Assembly (NCBI GenBank): GCA_951406725.2 | Contig: OX597816.1 | Location: forward strand, 11,222,001-11,286,000 | Length of the DNA stretch: 64,000 bases | Reading direction: 5' to 3' | Source of the DNA: Octopus vulgaris | Taxonomy: Eukaryota | Shown here: one piece after another, positions 53,255 to 64,000 of the stretch | Layout: the number at the start of each line of letters is the position of its first letter | Position numbering within the stretch: the first letter of the stretch is position 1 | The notes under the pieces: model-generated | Told to the model about the DNA's origin: nothing | What the model saw: the letters and a program-made list of their open reading frames with translations, nothing else | Database searches by the model: none | Program-made: the position numbers and the translations under genes

Positions 53255-54170
53255 GTATATATGTATGTATATGTTTGTGTGTGTGTTTGTCCGTCCACTA
53301 TTGCTTCATAACTGATGTTGGTGTGTTTATGTCCCGTAACTTAGTGATTTGTTCAATGAAAGGTGGTGCTCCAGCATGGCTGCAGCCAAATGGCTGAAAC
53401 AAGTAAAAGAATAAAATGTACTGCTAGCTGAGAAACTGAGGACAAGAGAGGGTATAGATTTATAAGTTTTAAAAGCAGAATCTTGATGAAATTGGTTACC
53501 AAACGGTGATCTTAAGAGAGAGAGAGCCAGAAAGTTTCTTGGTGGCTGCTCAGGATCAAGCATCAAACACTAACTGGATAAGGAATATGTATAACCCAGA
53601 TGAAAACACTAAGTGTAGGTTATGTGGGAAGAAGGTGGGAAGGATGACACACCATTAGGACCTGTGATATGCTTACACTGAGAGAATATAAAAGGTGTCA
53701 CGATATAGGTGCTTGCATTTTCTACTAGTCTTTATGCAAGAAATATGGATTTCCAACCACTGAGAAATGGTATCAGCACAAAGTAGAGAAAGGCTTTGAA
53801 AATCATATTGTGAAACTGTTGTGCGACTTTACAAGTCAGGGATAGGGTTCTTGAACATACAAGGCCAGACATATTTTTGGTGGAGTGATTTACTGCAAGG
53901 AGGTGTTTGTTGATCGATGTAGCTTGCCCACGAGACCATTACTTTAATAGTAAAGAAAATGAAGCAATCGGACAATATATAGACTTGAGAAGAGACGTTA
54001 AGACAGTTGAAAAATATGAAAGCAAGAGTGGTACCAATTTTTGATTGGGTTACATGAACGGTGAAGACTATGTAAATGAACATGATTCTGTAAATGAACA
54101 ATCTGGTGTGCTTCTTTTCATGTTTCTCTGCCCTAGGTGTCAGGAAGACACTTGACAAGAAATGGAAATA
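52570..54170 (+). mobile_element. Decayed R4/Dong-clade (RLE) LINE, interrupted by SINE-A (52995-53415)
   Basis: Frame-broken motifs in the expected order: LKTKLNGKNLITVI, ESFLVAAQDQ, KCRLCG, EYKRCHD, LCKKYGF...KWYQH, LLCDF, HTRPDI. Followed by (AAT)n. Confidence 0.8.
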
Positions 54171-54205
54171 AAATTGAAAGATGCTAATGAAAATGATGTT
54201 GATGA

Positions 54206-54236
<31 letters not shown>

Positions 54237-54504
54237 AATAATGATGATGATGATGATGGTGATAATATCCTATGCAAAATACTTTCTATGTAATCTCAAG
54301 TTTTAAAACAAACATAATTTTCTTATGGTTTCTTAAACATTCACTAGTACAACACTAAGTACAAAACCAAATATATAGCGCCCTATGCATAACACCAACA
54401 TGAACTTCCAACTTGTCTCTTGAGGTCTCTGGGTGAGACTTGGAGCCAACTAGTACAAATGTAAAGCAAAAGTCAAACATAGAATAATAATAATGATGAT
54501 GATG

Positions 54505-55004
54505 ATTTCAAATTTTTGTCACAAGTGCATTTTGGGGGAGAGGATTAAGTTGATTACATCACATCTTGTGCATAACTGGTACTTATTTTATCGACCCTCG
54601 CAGGTATGAAAGGCTAAGTTGACCTTGGTGGAATTTGAACATAGAACATAAAATGGGCTAAATGCTGCAAAGCGTTTTGCTCGGTGTACTAACAATTCTG
54701 CTAGGTCTACTGACTTAATAATAATAACAACAATAGTAATAATAATAATATTGATAACAACAACAACTACAATAACAATAATAATAATAATAATCCTTTC
54801 TACTGGTAGCACAAGGCTGCAAATTTTGAGGGAAGGGATTAAATCAATTACATTGACCTCAGTATGTAATTGGTACTTAATTTATCAACCCCGAAAGGAT
54901 GAAAGGCAAAGTCGATCTTGGCAGAATTCAAACTCAAAACCTAACAGCAGATGAAATACCGCTAAGAATTTCACTCAGCATGCTAACGATTCTGCCAGCT
55001 CACT

Positions 55005-55057
<53 letters not shown>

Positions 55058-55490
55058 CTTTTCTACTTTAGGCAAAAGTCCTGAAATTCACTCAATCTAT
55101 AAATATACTATAATATCTTCCCCATCGTGTCTCAGTCTTGCGTTACTTGCTTTTGTGGAAGATATGGTGATTGGAACCAATTAAAAGGTCAGAACGATAT
55201 TCGTTTCTAATCTAGGCACAACGCCTGAAATTTTAGGGGAAGTAGGGGCCAGTCGATTAGATCAACCCCAGTATGCAACTGGTACTTAATTTATCGACCC
55301 CAAAAGGATGAAAGGCAAAGTCAACCTTGGTGGACTTCGAACCGAAAACCTTAAGCATTTCACTCAGTATGCTAACGATTCTGCCAGTTCATTGCCTTAA
55401 TAATAATAATAATAATAATAATAATAGTAATAATAATAATAATAGTAATAATAATAATAATAATAGTAATAATAATAATAATAATAATAG
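54505..55490 (-). mobile_element. Three co-oriented SINE-B (tail type 2) copies plus a tail fragment, separated by (AAT)n
   Basis: Copies at about 54505-54715, 54795-55005 and 55205-55397. Confidence 0.8.
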
Positions 55491-55539
55491 TTTAACTGTA
55501 GCCTGCTAGTGGAAAACTTCTTTAAATAGTACTACATAC

Positions 55540-55703
55540 TATGCTGTACCATTAATTTGGTTCTTGTAGCATTTCTTATCTGTTAAATAACTTGAAGCAT
55601 TAAACAGAAAGCCAGGCTTCTTCAATATAATTTTAATGATTTTTTTTTTAGAAATTGTTCTATCTTGGAGAACTGAGTAATCTTTAAAATCAGACATTGT
55701 TAC
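55540..55703 (-). CDS. Candidate exon VTMSDFKDYS...KCYKNQINGTA (alternatively an L1-like remnant)
   Basis: tgtgtttcag acceptor, gtatgt donor, 164 nt open. Ambiguous. Confidence 0.25.
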
Positions 55704-56429
55704 CTGAAACACATATAACCATGCGTTGCCTTTTGTTCTGCGTTCCTCTCTATCTCTTCGAACCATTCTCTTAATTTCCTTGTTTCTCATGCGATAAGTA
55801 ACTTTTCATGTTTTCAAATAAATGGCATGTTAGCGGCAGTAGGTTTTCTGATTTTTAATGAACAACGATAACGGATGGAAAAGGTAAAAGTTCTTTGAAT
55901 ACAAAAACAAAAAAAGAAACAAACAAGCGAAAACCGAAAAAAAAAAAAAGAAAAAAGAAAAATCGGAAAACGAAGAATAGCATTGCTTGGAGGTGTAAAA
56001 CAAGGAAGGAATAATGGTTGTTAAATCATGTTGGCTGCAGCAAACGATTGGACAGAATTCGAGAGAGAAATTGTGGAAAGTCATTAATAAAGGGTAGTAA
56101 ATGTTTGCAAAGTTACAAACTAAAATAAACGTTGTTATGTTCTGGGTTTGATGGCTGAGATACTAATAGCTTTGTTGATCTGTACTGAAAGGGTGGAGGC
56201 GAAGTAGACGAGTCACAGACTCAATTTTTCTCTCTATACTCATTAACGTTTTGTGCTTTATGGGTGCCAGATAAAATGAGCTACTCGTTAAGGGTATCTT
56301 CTAGGCCACCAATTGTGGTATATACACATACATTTTGCAGTATATACACATACCAAACCATCTATAATATACTTATATACACTAAACATTCAGATGCATG
56401 TACATAGCTACATATATACAGACATATGA

Positions 56430-56724
56430 TGATGGAAGCACTCCGTCGGTTACGACGACGAGGGTACCCTTAACATAGTTCTAGGGGATATTTAGCGTGA
56501 CACAGAGAGTGACAAGGCCGGCCCTTTGAAATATAGGTACAACAGAAACAGGAAGTAAGAGTGAGAGAAAGTTGTGGTGAAAGAGTACAGCAGGGATCAC
56601 CACCATCCCCTGCCGGAGCCGCGTGGAGCTTTAGGTGTTTTCGCTCAATAAACACTCACAACGCTCGGTCTGGGAATCGAAACCGCGAGTCCGCTGCCCT
56701 AACCACTGGGCCATTGCGCCTCCA
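56430..56724 (-). mobile_element. SINE-D young copy
   Basis: CpG-intact head. cagacat is repeated on both flanks. Confidence 0.85.
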
Positions 56725-57162
56725 CAGACATATATAGGCAAGACATAAATATATATACAAATGCATATATGTGTATGTATGCATACACATGCATGCGTAG
56801 AAAATCTCCTGGCGTATGCTTATACAAGTTAGTTGTTACAGGTGAAAGAAAGAGAAAGAAAAAATTAGAAAAGATTAAGTATGGGGGGGGGAGGAAGGAA
56901 AGAGTGGAAAAGAAGAAAACAAGAAAAAGAAATAAAAGAAAGAGAAACAGAAAATTAGAGAGAGAAAGGAAGAAAGTAGATAGGGAGAGAGAGTGTTACA
57001 TCATGGCGTTTGAAAGTATCTAAGGACAATTAGATACTCCGCTTAGCTTGGCCAACAAACACACAAAAATGCACACATAAAATTATATCTATATCTACAT
57101 CAGCACAAAACATACATACAAATATACAAACATATAGATACGCATAGAAATATACTAAAAGA

Positions 57163-57648
57163 AGTCGACTTTGCCTTTCATCCTTTCGGGGTCAATTACA
57201 CAAGTACCAGTTACGCACTGGTATCACTCTAATCGACTTAATCTTTGTCTGTCCTTGTTTGTCCCCTCTGTGTTTAGCCTCCTGTGAGCAATAAAGAAAA
57301 AAATATTTAAGTGGCAGAAGGTGGCGAGCTGGCAGAAACATTAGCATGTCGGGGGAAATGCTTATCAGTAAGTACCAGTTATGCACTGGGGTCGATGTAA
57401 TCGACTTAATACCTATGTCTGTCCTTGTTTGTCCCCTCTGTGTGTAGCCCCTTGTGGGTAGTAAAGAAATAAATATTTCGTCTGTCTTTATGTTCTGAGT
57501 TCAAATTCCACTGAGGTCGACTTTACCTTTCATACTTTCGGGATCAATAAATTAAGTACCAGTTGCATACTGGGGTCGATCTAATTGACTGCCCCCACCT
57601 CCCACCTCACCCAAAATTTCGAGCCTTCTGCCAAGAGTAGAAAAGATT
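57163..57648 (+). mobile_element. SINE-B cluster including a multimer junction at 57471/57472
   Basis: aagaaata|aatatttcgtctg. Confidence 0.8.
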
Positions 57649-57749
57649 CTTCCTGTGTATCCCTGGAAGTGTAATTAACAGTATGTTCTGAGTGACATTT
57701 AAAACTCAATACAGTATTGAATAAAGATTTTCTTGTTTCTTTTTGCAGA

Positions 57750-58300
57750 AATGTAACTTAGAAATTGTTAAGAATTTCTCTGGAAAGAAATGCTTTAATA
57801 CTTCGTTGTTTACCTTTGATATTGAATTAATTTTCCTCAGAAATGTAAACGAAGTTACAGAAATTTTTGATGGATCAGCAAAAATTCATTGGTTATTAAT
57901 GCCCGGAATATTTAATGTTGATAAAGAATCTATTGTTGAGATTATTCTAAAAGAAATTTTCAACAGGAATTGATTGAAATCCTGTTTTAATTATTTAGTT
58001 TTTGTTTGAGGTTTTTGGCTTCGTTTTAAGTGTTGGAAATCAGCTTAAGGAAAATGAAGAAATGCTTGTGTAGAATGCATCAGTGATTTAGATTTGGAAT
58101 CATGATGTTGGTGTTAAATAGCAGCTGAGTTTGTTATAGCAATCACTTAAGAAGTAGTTCTCTTTCTTGCATAATGAACAGCTAGTAGTATTTTTTTTTT
58201 CACTGTATTTAAATGATGGTATAGCAAGATAATAATTACAAGACAAACAGCATTTGAGATTAGAGATTAGCCCTTTGTGTTTCACTGGCGCTCAAAATAA
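57750..58300 (-). pseudogene. Possible decayed L1/Tx1-like ORF1-ORF2 boundary
   Basis: CSLCKKENYFLSDC (degenerate CCHC knuckle) upstream of STLNIPGINN (APE endonuclease start-like). Confidence 0.4.
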
Positions 58301-58409
58301 TTCTTTTTTCTTTTCTTGCAATAAGATACTCTGCAGCTATAACAGGAAAATGCTAGGATTTATCGAAAGGAGATGCAAAATGATATTTTATCACTCCAGG
58401 AAATGATCC

Positions 58410-59025
58410 TTTATCTTTTATTGTTTCAGTTATTGAACTGTAGCCATACTGGGGCATTGACTCGAAGGGGTTTTACTCGCAAAGATTGATCCTAATACAC
58501 ATCGATTTTTGAATCTGATACTTATTTTATCAAGCCCTCTTGATGAACAAACCAATGTCAGTTTTCAGGCAGTGGCAGGGCGGGTGGGGTTATGAACACG
58601 ATCACAAAGACACATGTATATGTATATATACATATATACGACAGACATCTACACTTTCTTATTTCTTTATTGCCCACAAGGGGCCAAACATAGAGGGGAC
58701 AAACAAGGACAGACAAAGGGATTAAGTCAATTACATCGATCCCAGTGCGAAAGGATGAAAGGCAAAGTCGACCTTGACGGAATTTGAACTCAGAACATAA
58801 CAGCAGACAAAATACCACTAAGCATTTTGCCCGGCATGCTAACGTTTCTGCCAGCTCACTGCTGGCAGAAACAGCTCCAGTTTCTACCTATCAAATTCAC
58901 TTGCAAGGGATTTATCAGCCCAGGTCTATAGTAGAGTACACTTTTCCAAAGTACTGCACAGTGATACTGAACCCACAACCACATAATTACAAAGCGAGTT
59001 TCTTAATCACACAGCCACGCCTGCA
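58410..59025 (-). mobile_element. Old SINE-A with a nested SINE-B (58659-58860)
   Basis: Consensus motifs. Confidence 0.7.
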
Positions 59026-60419
59026 CTCAAGAAAAACATTCTTAAGATTCTTCAAAGAATATATCGATATGAACAGAGGTTCTGAGAAAAGGGGCATTCA
59101 GGTGAAAATTACACAATAAGGGATGATGTTGGAAGTATGGGATGGGTAACTGAGGAAAGGGTTCCAAGGAAAGGAATAGCAAGTAGCACCAAAAGGAAGA
59201 TGGGATATTTATTAAAAACAAATTTCAAGAAGTAAATAAGCACAAAATAATATTATTCTGTCTCTAATGCTTTCTTGTAAATCTCTTTGTCCATCTGTAT
59301 TATCTTTTGCAATATTATTTGTAACTCAACGCAGTTCCCTTCTCCGACTTTATGGGTCTCTATCTATGTCTTCTAATATGTGACCAAGAATCTGCCATTC
59401 TTCTCTCTATCTCTCCTCTCTGCTTGTCTGTCTGTTTGTCTTTCGAACATTTTGTTGCTATTGGTCACCTCCTACCAATACTAGTTTTTCTCAATGCAGT
59501 ATTAGTTCTCAATATCATTTGTTAAATTTTGTAGAAACCCACAGCCTAATAAATGCTAAAGACTTTTAAACTACATTCATGTTATTAGAAGAGACACTCA
59601 AAGTGAGACTGAGGATCTGCCAGGACTGAAACACTAGACGCGTTGCGTTGAAACACATTTCTGTTGTGGTCGCGTGGGGAAGAAATAGAAAATTATATGC
59701 GAGAGTAATAACCTCACATAGAAGAGACATTCTAAAACTATCTTCAATATCTATTGAGAAAAACCAACTCTAGTAATATGATGCTAATCATTTAGAAGAA
59801 AAAGGAATAGCTTCCAGGCTAAAATAACTGATAGAGTAAAACAGTGCATCAACTAAGCCATACATTACTTTTAAAGATCTTAAGCGTCTTTTTTCCTTAC
59901 CTATCACAAATATAGATTAATAACCATTGTAAAAAGGGACACAGTTAGGGTACAAGCACACATATACATACATTCAAGTATACATATGTATGTATAGAGA
60001 TACGTGTGGATGAGAGAGAAAAATTGAGAGCACTTAAAACTATTGATTTTCATTGGTTATTTTAATTTCCCTTTCTTATAAGACAATATTCAGACCCATT
60101 AATTTTTTATCACTCTAATATTCACTAACAAAATAATTTCTATTTTTCTTTTCAAATATCTATTTCCGTTTTAGCATTATGGGAAATAACAGTGGTATAA
60201 CTATCGAGAAATAAAAGTTAGTTATTTCTCTTTATCAATATCTTATAAAAAACAGTTGTAGTGAAAGTTATAACAGATACAATATATATGCATTTGAAAT
60301 GTAAGTGTTAAGGACAAGAACCCTCGGACAAATAAATGGGGGTTACCACAAATAGGTGAAAGACGGCATCTCCTGAACACTGTGAAAAAGCAAAAGCTCA
60401 TCTATTATGGCCATATATA

Positions 60420-60725
60420 TATCATCATCATCATCATCATTTAACGTCCGTTTTCCATGCTAGCATGGGTTGGACGGTTTGACCAGGGTCTGGTAACCCA
60501 TGGAGGCTGCACCAGGCTCCAGTCTGATTTGGCAGTGTTTCTACAGCTGGATGCCCTTCCTAACGCCAACCACTCCGTGAGTGTAGTGGATGTTTTTTAT
60601 GTGCCATCGGCACAGGAGCCAGCGCAGGCTGGCATTCGGCCACGATCAGTTGGTGCTTTTACATGTCACCGACACGGACGCCAGTCAGGCGACGCTAGTA
60701 ACTGCTACGCTCGAACAGTGATTTT
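60420..60725 (-). mobile_element. Family C copy
   Basis: Consensus match with (ATC)n. Confidence 0.85.
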
Positions 60726-61671
60726 ACTGATGAAGGGATATCCCTAATATTCCAGAAACAGATGTATGACTGTCTTTTTCTTTATAAATGTCCTAAAAAT
60801 TCCACACAGCCTTGGATTTGTTGTCTCATTTTATTTAATATACATACACACATGCATATATATATATATACATAATACACACACATATATATACATACAT
60901 ATATTTCTTTAACATGAATAGTATTGTGAGTGACTTTGAAGTTTCAGCCAGCTATGCTGTTCTTATGAAAGAATAATAAATTTGTACTCTACAAATTGTG
61001 TCCATTGTAACAGAACATAAAAGTGTGAGTGTGTTAAGAAGCAATGGTTTGGAAAACATTAACGTCGAACGAAGAATAAAGAGTTGTGCATCAAGAGAAA
61101 AGCAAAGAGCATAGGGAGTGGAAAATATCCAGAGCTGTTTGGAGAAGAGTCACAAGGGAGCTGGAGAAATCTCACTTAATCCGGCAACTTTTGTTTAGTG
61201 TTTTCAATGAGTTGCAGGCGTACGGTACATGACAACGATGATACCTGCATGTGATTGTGTGTGTACACATATACTCATACACACACACATATAGTATATA
61301 GTATATTAATACATGTGTATGTATGTATGCATATATTTACATACGTACATATGTATGTATATATGTCTCTTCTATTTTTTAATTATTATAAATTTTCCAC
61401 AGAGAACAGAGCCAGTTTCCAACAAAGACACAAGGCTCCATCTTTGGGATGTAGTTAACACAGACAAATTCACATTTGGAACTTGAGAAAAGTCTTGCAT
61501 ATTTTTACTGTTCCACTCACAGAATGCACTTGTAATGTACGAATTAGCTGGTCAATTTCTTTTTTTGAAAACCCCAGTTTATCCAGATTCTCCTTTAAGC
61601 ATTTGCTAACAAAACCTAATGCTCCAATTATTATTGGTATGAATATGAATTCATAGTCTAGATATAGAAGC

Positions 61672-61674
<3 letters not shown>

Positions 61675-61703
<29 letters not shown>

Positions 61704-61845
61704 TGTATGTATGTATGTATGTATGTATGTATGTATGTATGTATGTATGTATGTATGTATGTATGTATGTGGGTGTGTGTGTGTATGTATGTATGTATGT
61801 ATGTATGTATGTATGTATGTATGTATGTATGTATGTATGTATGTA
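61675..61845. repeat. (TATG)n microsatellite
   Basis: Direct reading. Confidence 0.95.
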
Positions 61846-62037
61846 TAAGGATAAGATCGTTAATTTAAATATCGATCTTATCAAGTGGCCAGCATGGGAA
61901 TAATTTAGGGTATCTAAGAGATACCTCCACGCTGGAAATAGAAGCCAAAAATTGACTCTAAAACCACATTAAAACCACATACAGCACCAGCAGAGATGAC
62001 AAAAAGACAAAATAAACTATCAAAAAATTACTGGATA

Positions 62038-62095
62038 ATTCCAGATCCCGGATTTCTGGATCTGCATAAGAAATGCTTTGCTTCATCAGTGGAAT
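62038..62095 (-). ncRNA. Type I hammerhead-like motif with a damaged stem II
   Basis: attcca-CTGATGA-...gcat[ttctt]atgc...-GAAA-tcc g gga-TC-tggaat. Confidence 0.5.
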
Positions 62096-62261
62096 ATACA
62101 CAGATATCACATAAATACAAATATATATATATATATATGACATATGAATACTTACATATATAAATGTATACAAACATATATATGCACGTATGCATACGAC
62201 CAGTTTAAATTGCCCGCCTATATATACAAACATATAAATGTGTCTGGATGCATGCCTGTAA

Positions 62262-62322
<61 letters not shown>

Positions 62323-63051
62323 TGTATGTATGCATATATATATATGTATGTATGTATATATATTCATATATTCACTATATTTGTGTGTGTGTATGTATAT
62401 ATGTGTGAATGTATATATATACACGCATACATGTATATACATATTTGCATATACATTTATAAGGTGAATGAACACGTTATTCCTTATCATTTTCCTCTTT
62501 TCTTCTTTCAACCCCCTTCTCCTCCACACTGACTTCTCCCATAACAGCTTTCTCTTTCTATTTAGAAATTATTTTCGTCATTTCTTTCCCTTATTCTCGT
62601 TGCCCTACATGTTTTCACAATGAGAAATAAATGCATATCTAAGAAAAGGAGTGTTCTTCTGTAATTTCCCGTAATACTAAAACGGAAATGAATATTAGGA
62701 TATTTCAATAAACGGTTTCACTTGTTTTATGCTGAGGAAAAATTAATGGATTTAGAAATTGTTTTCCAAAACCATGAAACTTGAAATAACTCATGTTCAC
62801 ACGATAGTTTTTCTATTTCACTCCCGCTCTCACTCTCATCTTCCTTTCTCTCTCTCTCGCCTACTGTTAGCTTTCTCTGTCTGTCTGTCTGTCTGTTACT
62901 CTTTCTCTCTCTCCCCTCCCTCTCTCTCTCCCACTCTATCTATCTATGTATATATATATAAAGGGAAAGTTTACGAAAATAAACAAAAGACGAAGGCAGA
63001 TGGTGTACAAACAAACAAATGTATTAGTATTGCGCTCAGGAATAGAAAAAG

Positions 63052-63089
63052 TCTTTTACGTTTCGAGCCTACGCTCTTCAACAGAAAGA
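63052..63089 (-). ncRNA. Variant-core minimal hammerhead-like motif in a dispersed repeat (62960-63141)
   Basis: tcttt-CTGTTGA-a-gagc[gtag]gctc-GAAA-cg-TA-aaaga. Confidence 0.45.
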
Positions 63090-63178
63090 TACACAAAAGA
63101 AACAAGGAGAGAAAAAAATGCGTGTAGGAGCTAACGATCTATATATATATATATATATATGCATAAACATACATACAT

Positions 63179-63251
<73 letters not shown>

Positions 63252-63544
63252 CATATACACACGCACATGAATATACAGGTGACCCCTCTGTTCAGTATTC
63301 GCCATGATAGATCGCTAGCCACTACACTTTCTTTATTTTCTCTCCTTGTTTCTTTCTGATGATGGCTCAGCTAGCTGAAGACACCAACTATACTATTCTT
63401 ATGAAAGAATAATAAATTTGTACCTTACAAATTGTGTCCATTGTAACTGACCATAAAAGTATGACTTTAAACTTGCCCTCCCTCTTCGTTTTTCAGTTTG
63501 TCTTTAGATTTGTGTTTGACCGTATTATTCATTGATGCTAGTTT

Positions 63545-63673
63545 CCTCTATATATATTTGTTAATTATTTTTATAATTTGTATATATTTATTTTATTATA
63601 AATGCAAAACAACACCATGGCGGAATCAACGTAAGCTTAAATAATAAAACCGGTATATGGCGAGGGATTACTT
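63545..63673 (-). mobile_element. Tigger/pogo-like MITE fragment
   Basis: Reverse complement of the 5' part of 7965-8172. Confidence 0.7.
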
Positions 63674-63917
63674 TATATATCTATCTATCTATCTATATAT
63701 ATATATATATATATATGTTTAAGTAGTTGAATGAATTATCCTAGTATGGATAATTCGGTTAACCGATAACCGGGTAGCAAATTTACGTCAGAAAGCACGG
63801 TTGAAGCTACATGCCAAGGGCAGAAATCACGTGCTTTCGTGTGGAAATTTGTGTGTTTTTTTTACTATAGATAAATGAAAGAATGGAGTCGAATGACGAT
63901 TTAACAAAATTCATTAT

Positions 63918-63998
63918 TCTCGACACATGTTTCGAAGACTGCATATTCCTAATTCCGAAGGAATAAAGGGTGCATTATGTCGTCTTCTCATCAGGAGA
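63918..63998 (-). ncRNA. Type I hammerhead ribozyme motif with a canonical core and GUC site
   Basis: tctc-CTGATGA-gaagac...gtcttc-GAAA-catgt-GTC-gaga, inside a CpG-rich element (63717-64000+) whose 3' end abuts (TA)n. Confidence 0.85.
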
Positions 63999-64000
63999 GA

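Noticed and set aside
57749-57973. Plus-strand 75-aa ORF after a strong acceptor-like tract
   Set aside because: Better explained as the antisense of a decayed L1-like element. No recognisable homology.
59609-59640. CTGAGGA...GAAA hammerhead-like spacing (also at about 62733)
   Set aside because: Stems I and III do not pair, so these are chance matches.

Overview
AT-rich, microsatellite-saturated eukaryotic DNA that looks intronic or intergenic. The repeat families resemble octopus/cephalopod ones; this is an inference from recognition, not a database check. No complete protein-coding gene is identifiable, and nearly all listed ORFs are microsatellite or SINE artefacts. The window is a mosaic of four recurring short retroposon families, labelled here SINE-A (CORE-like), SINE-B (Nin/Deu-domain-like), family C (RTE-related) and SINE-D (tRNA-headed). 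It also holds LINE remnants (CR1, RTE, R4/Dong-type RLE, L1/Tx1-like, Penelope GIY-YIG), MITEs (piggyBac-, Tigger/pogo- and hAT-like), a short Helitron and a few unverified candidate exons. Most notable: (1) several sequence-unrelated minimal type I hammerhead ribozyme motifs (best at 63918-63998 minus and 8749-8808 plus), mostly in short Penelope-like or fold-back elements abutting (TA)n tracts; (2) SINE-B multimers inserted as single TSD-bounded units that restart in the loop of an anticodon-like hairpin; (3) a 5S-rRNA-headed SINE sharing the SINE-A tail; (4) a 401-bp partial tandem unit with permuted hammerhead parts; (5) a SINE-RTE-SINE chimera bounded by a 58-bp duplication. Repeat boundaries are read by eye and approximate.
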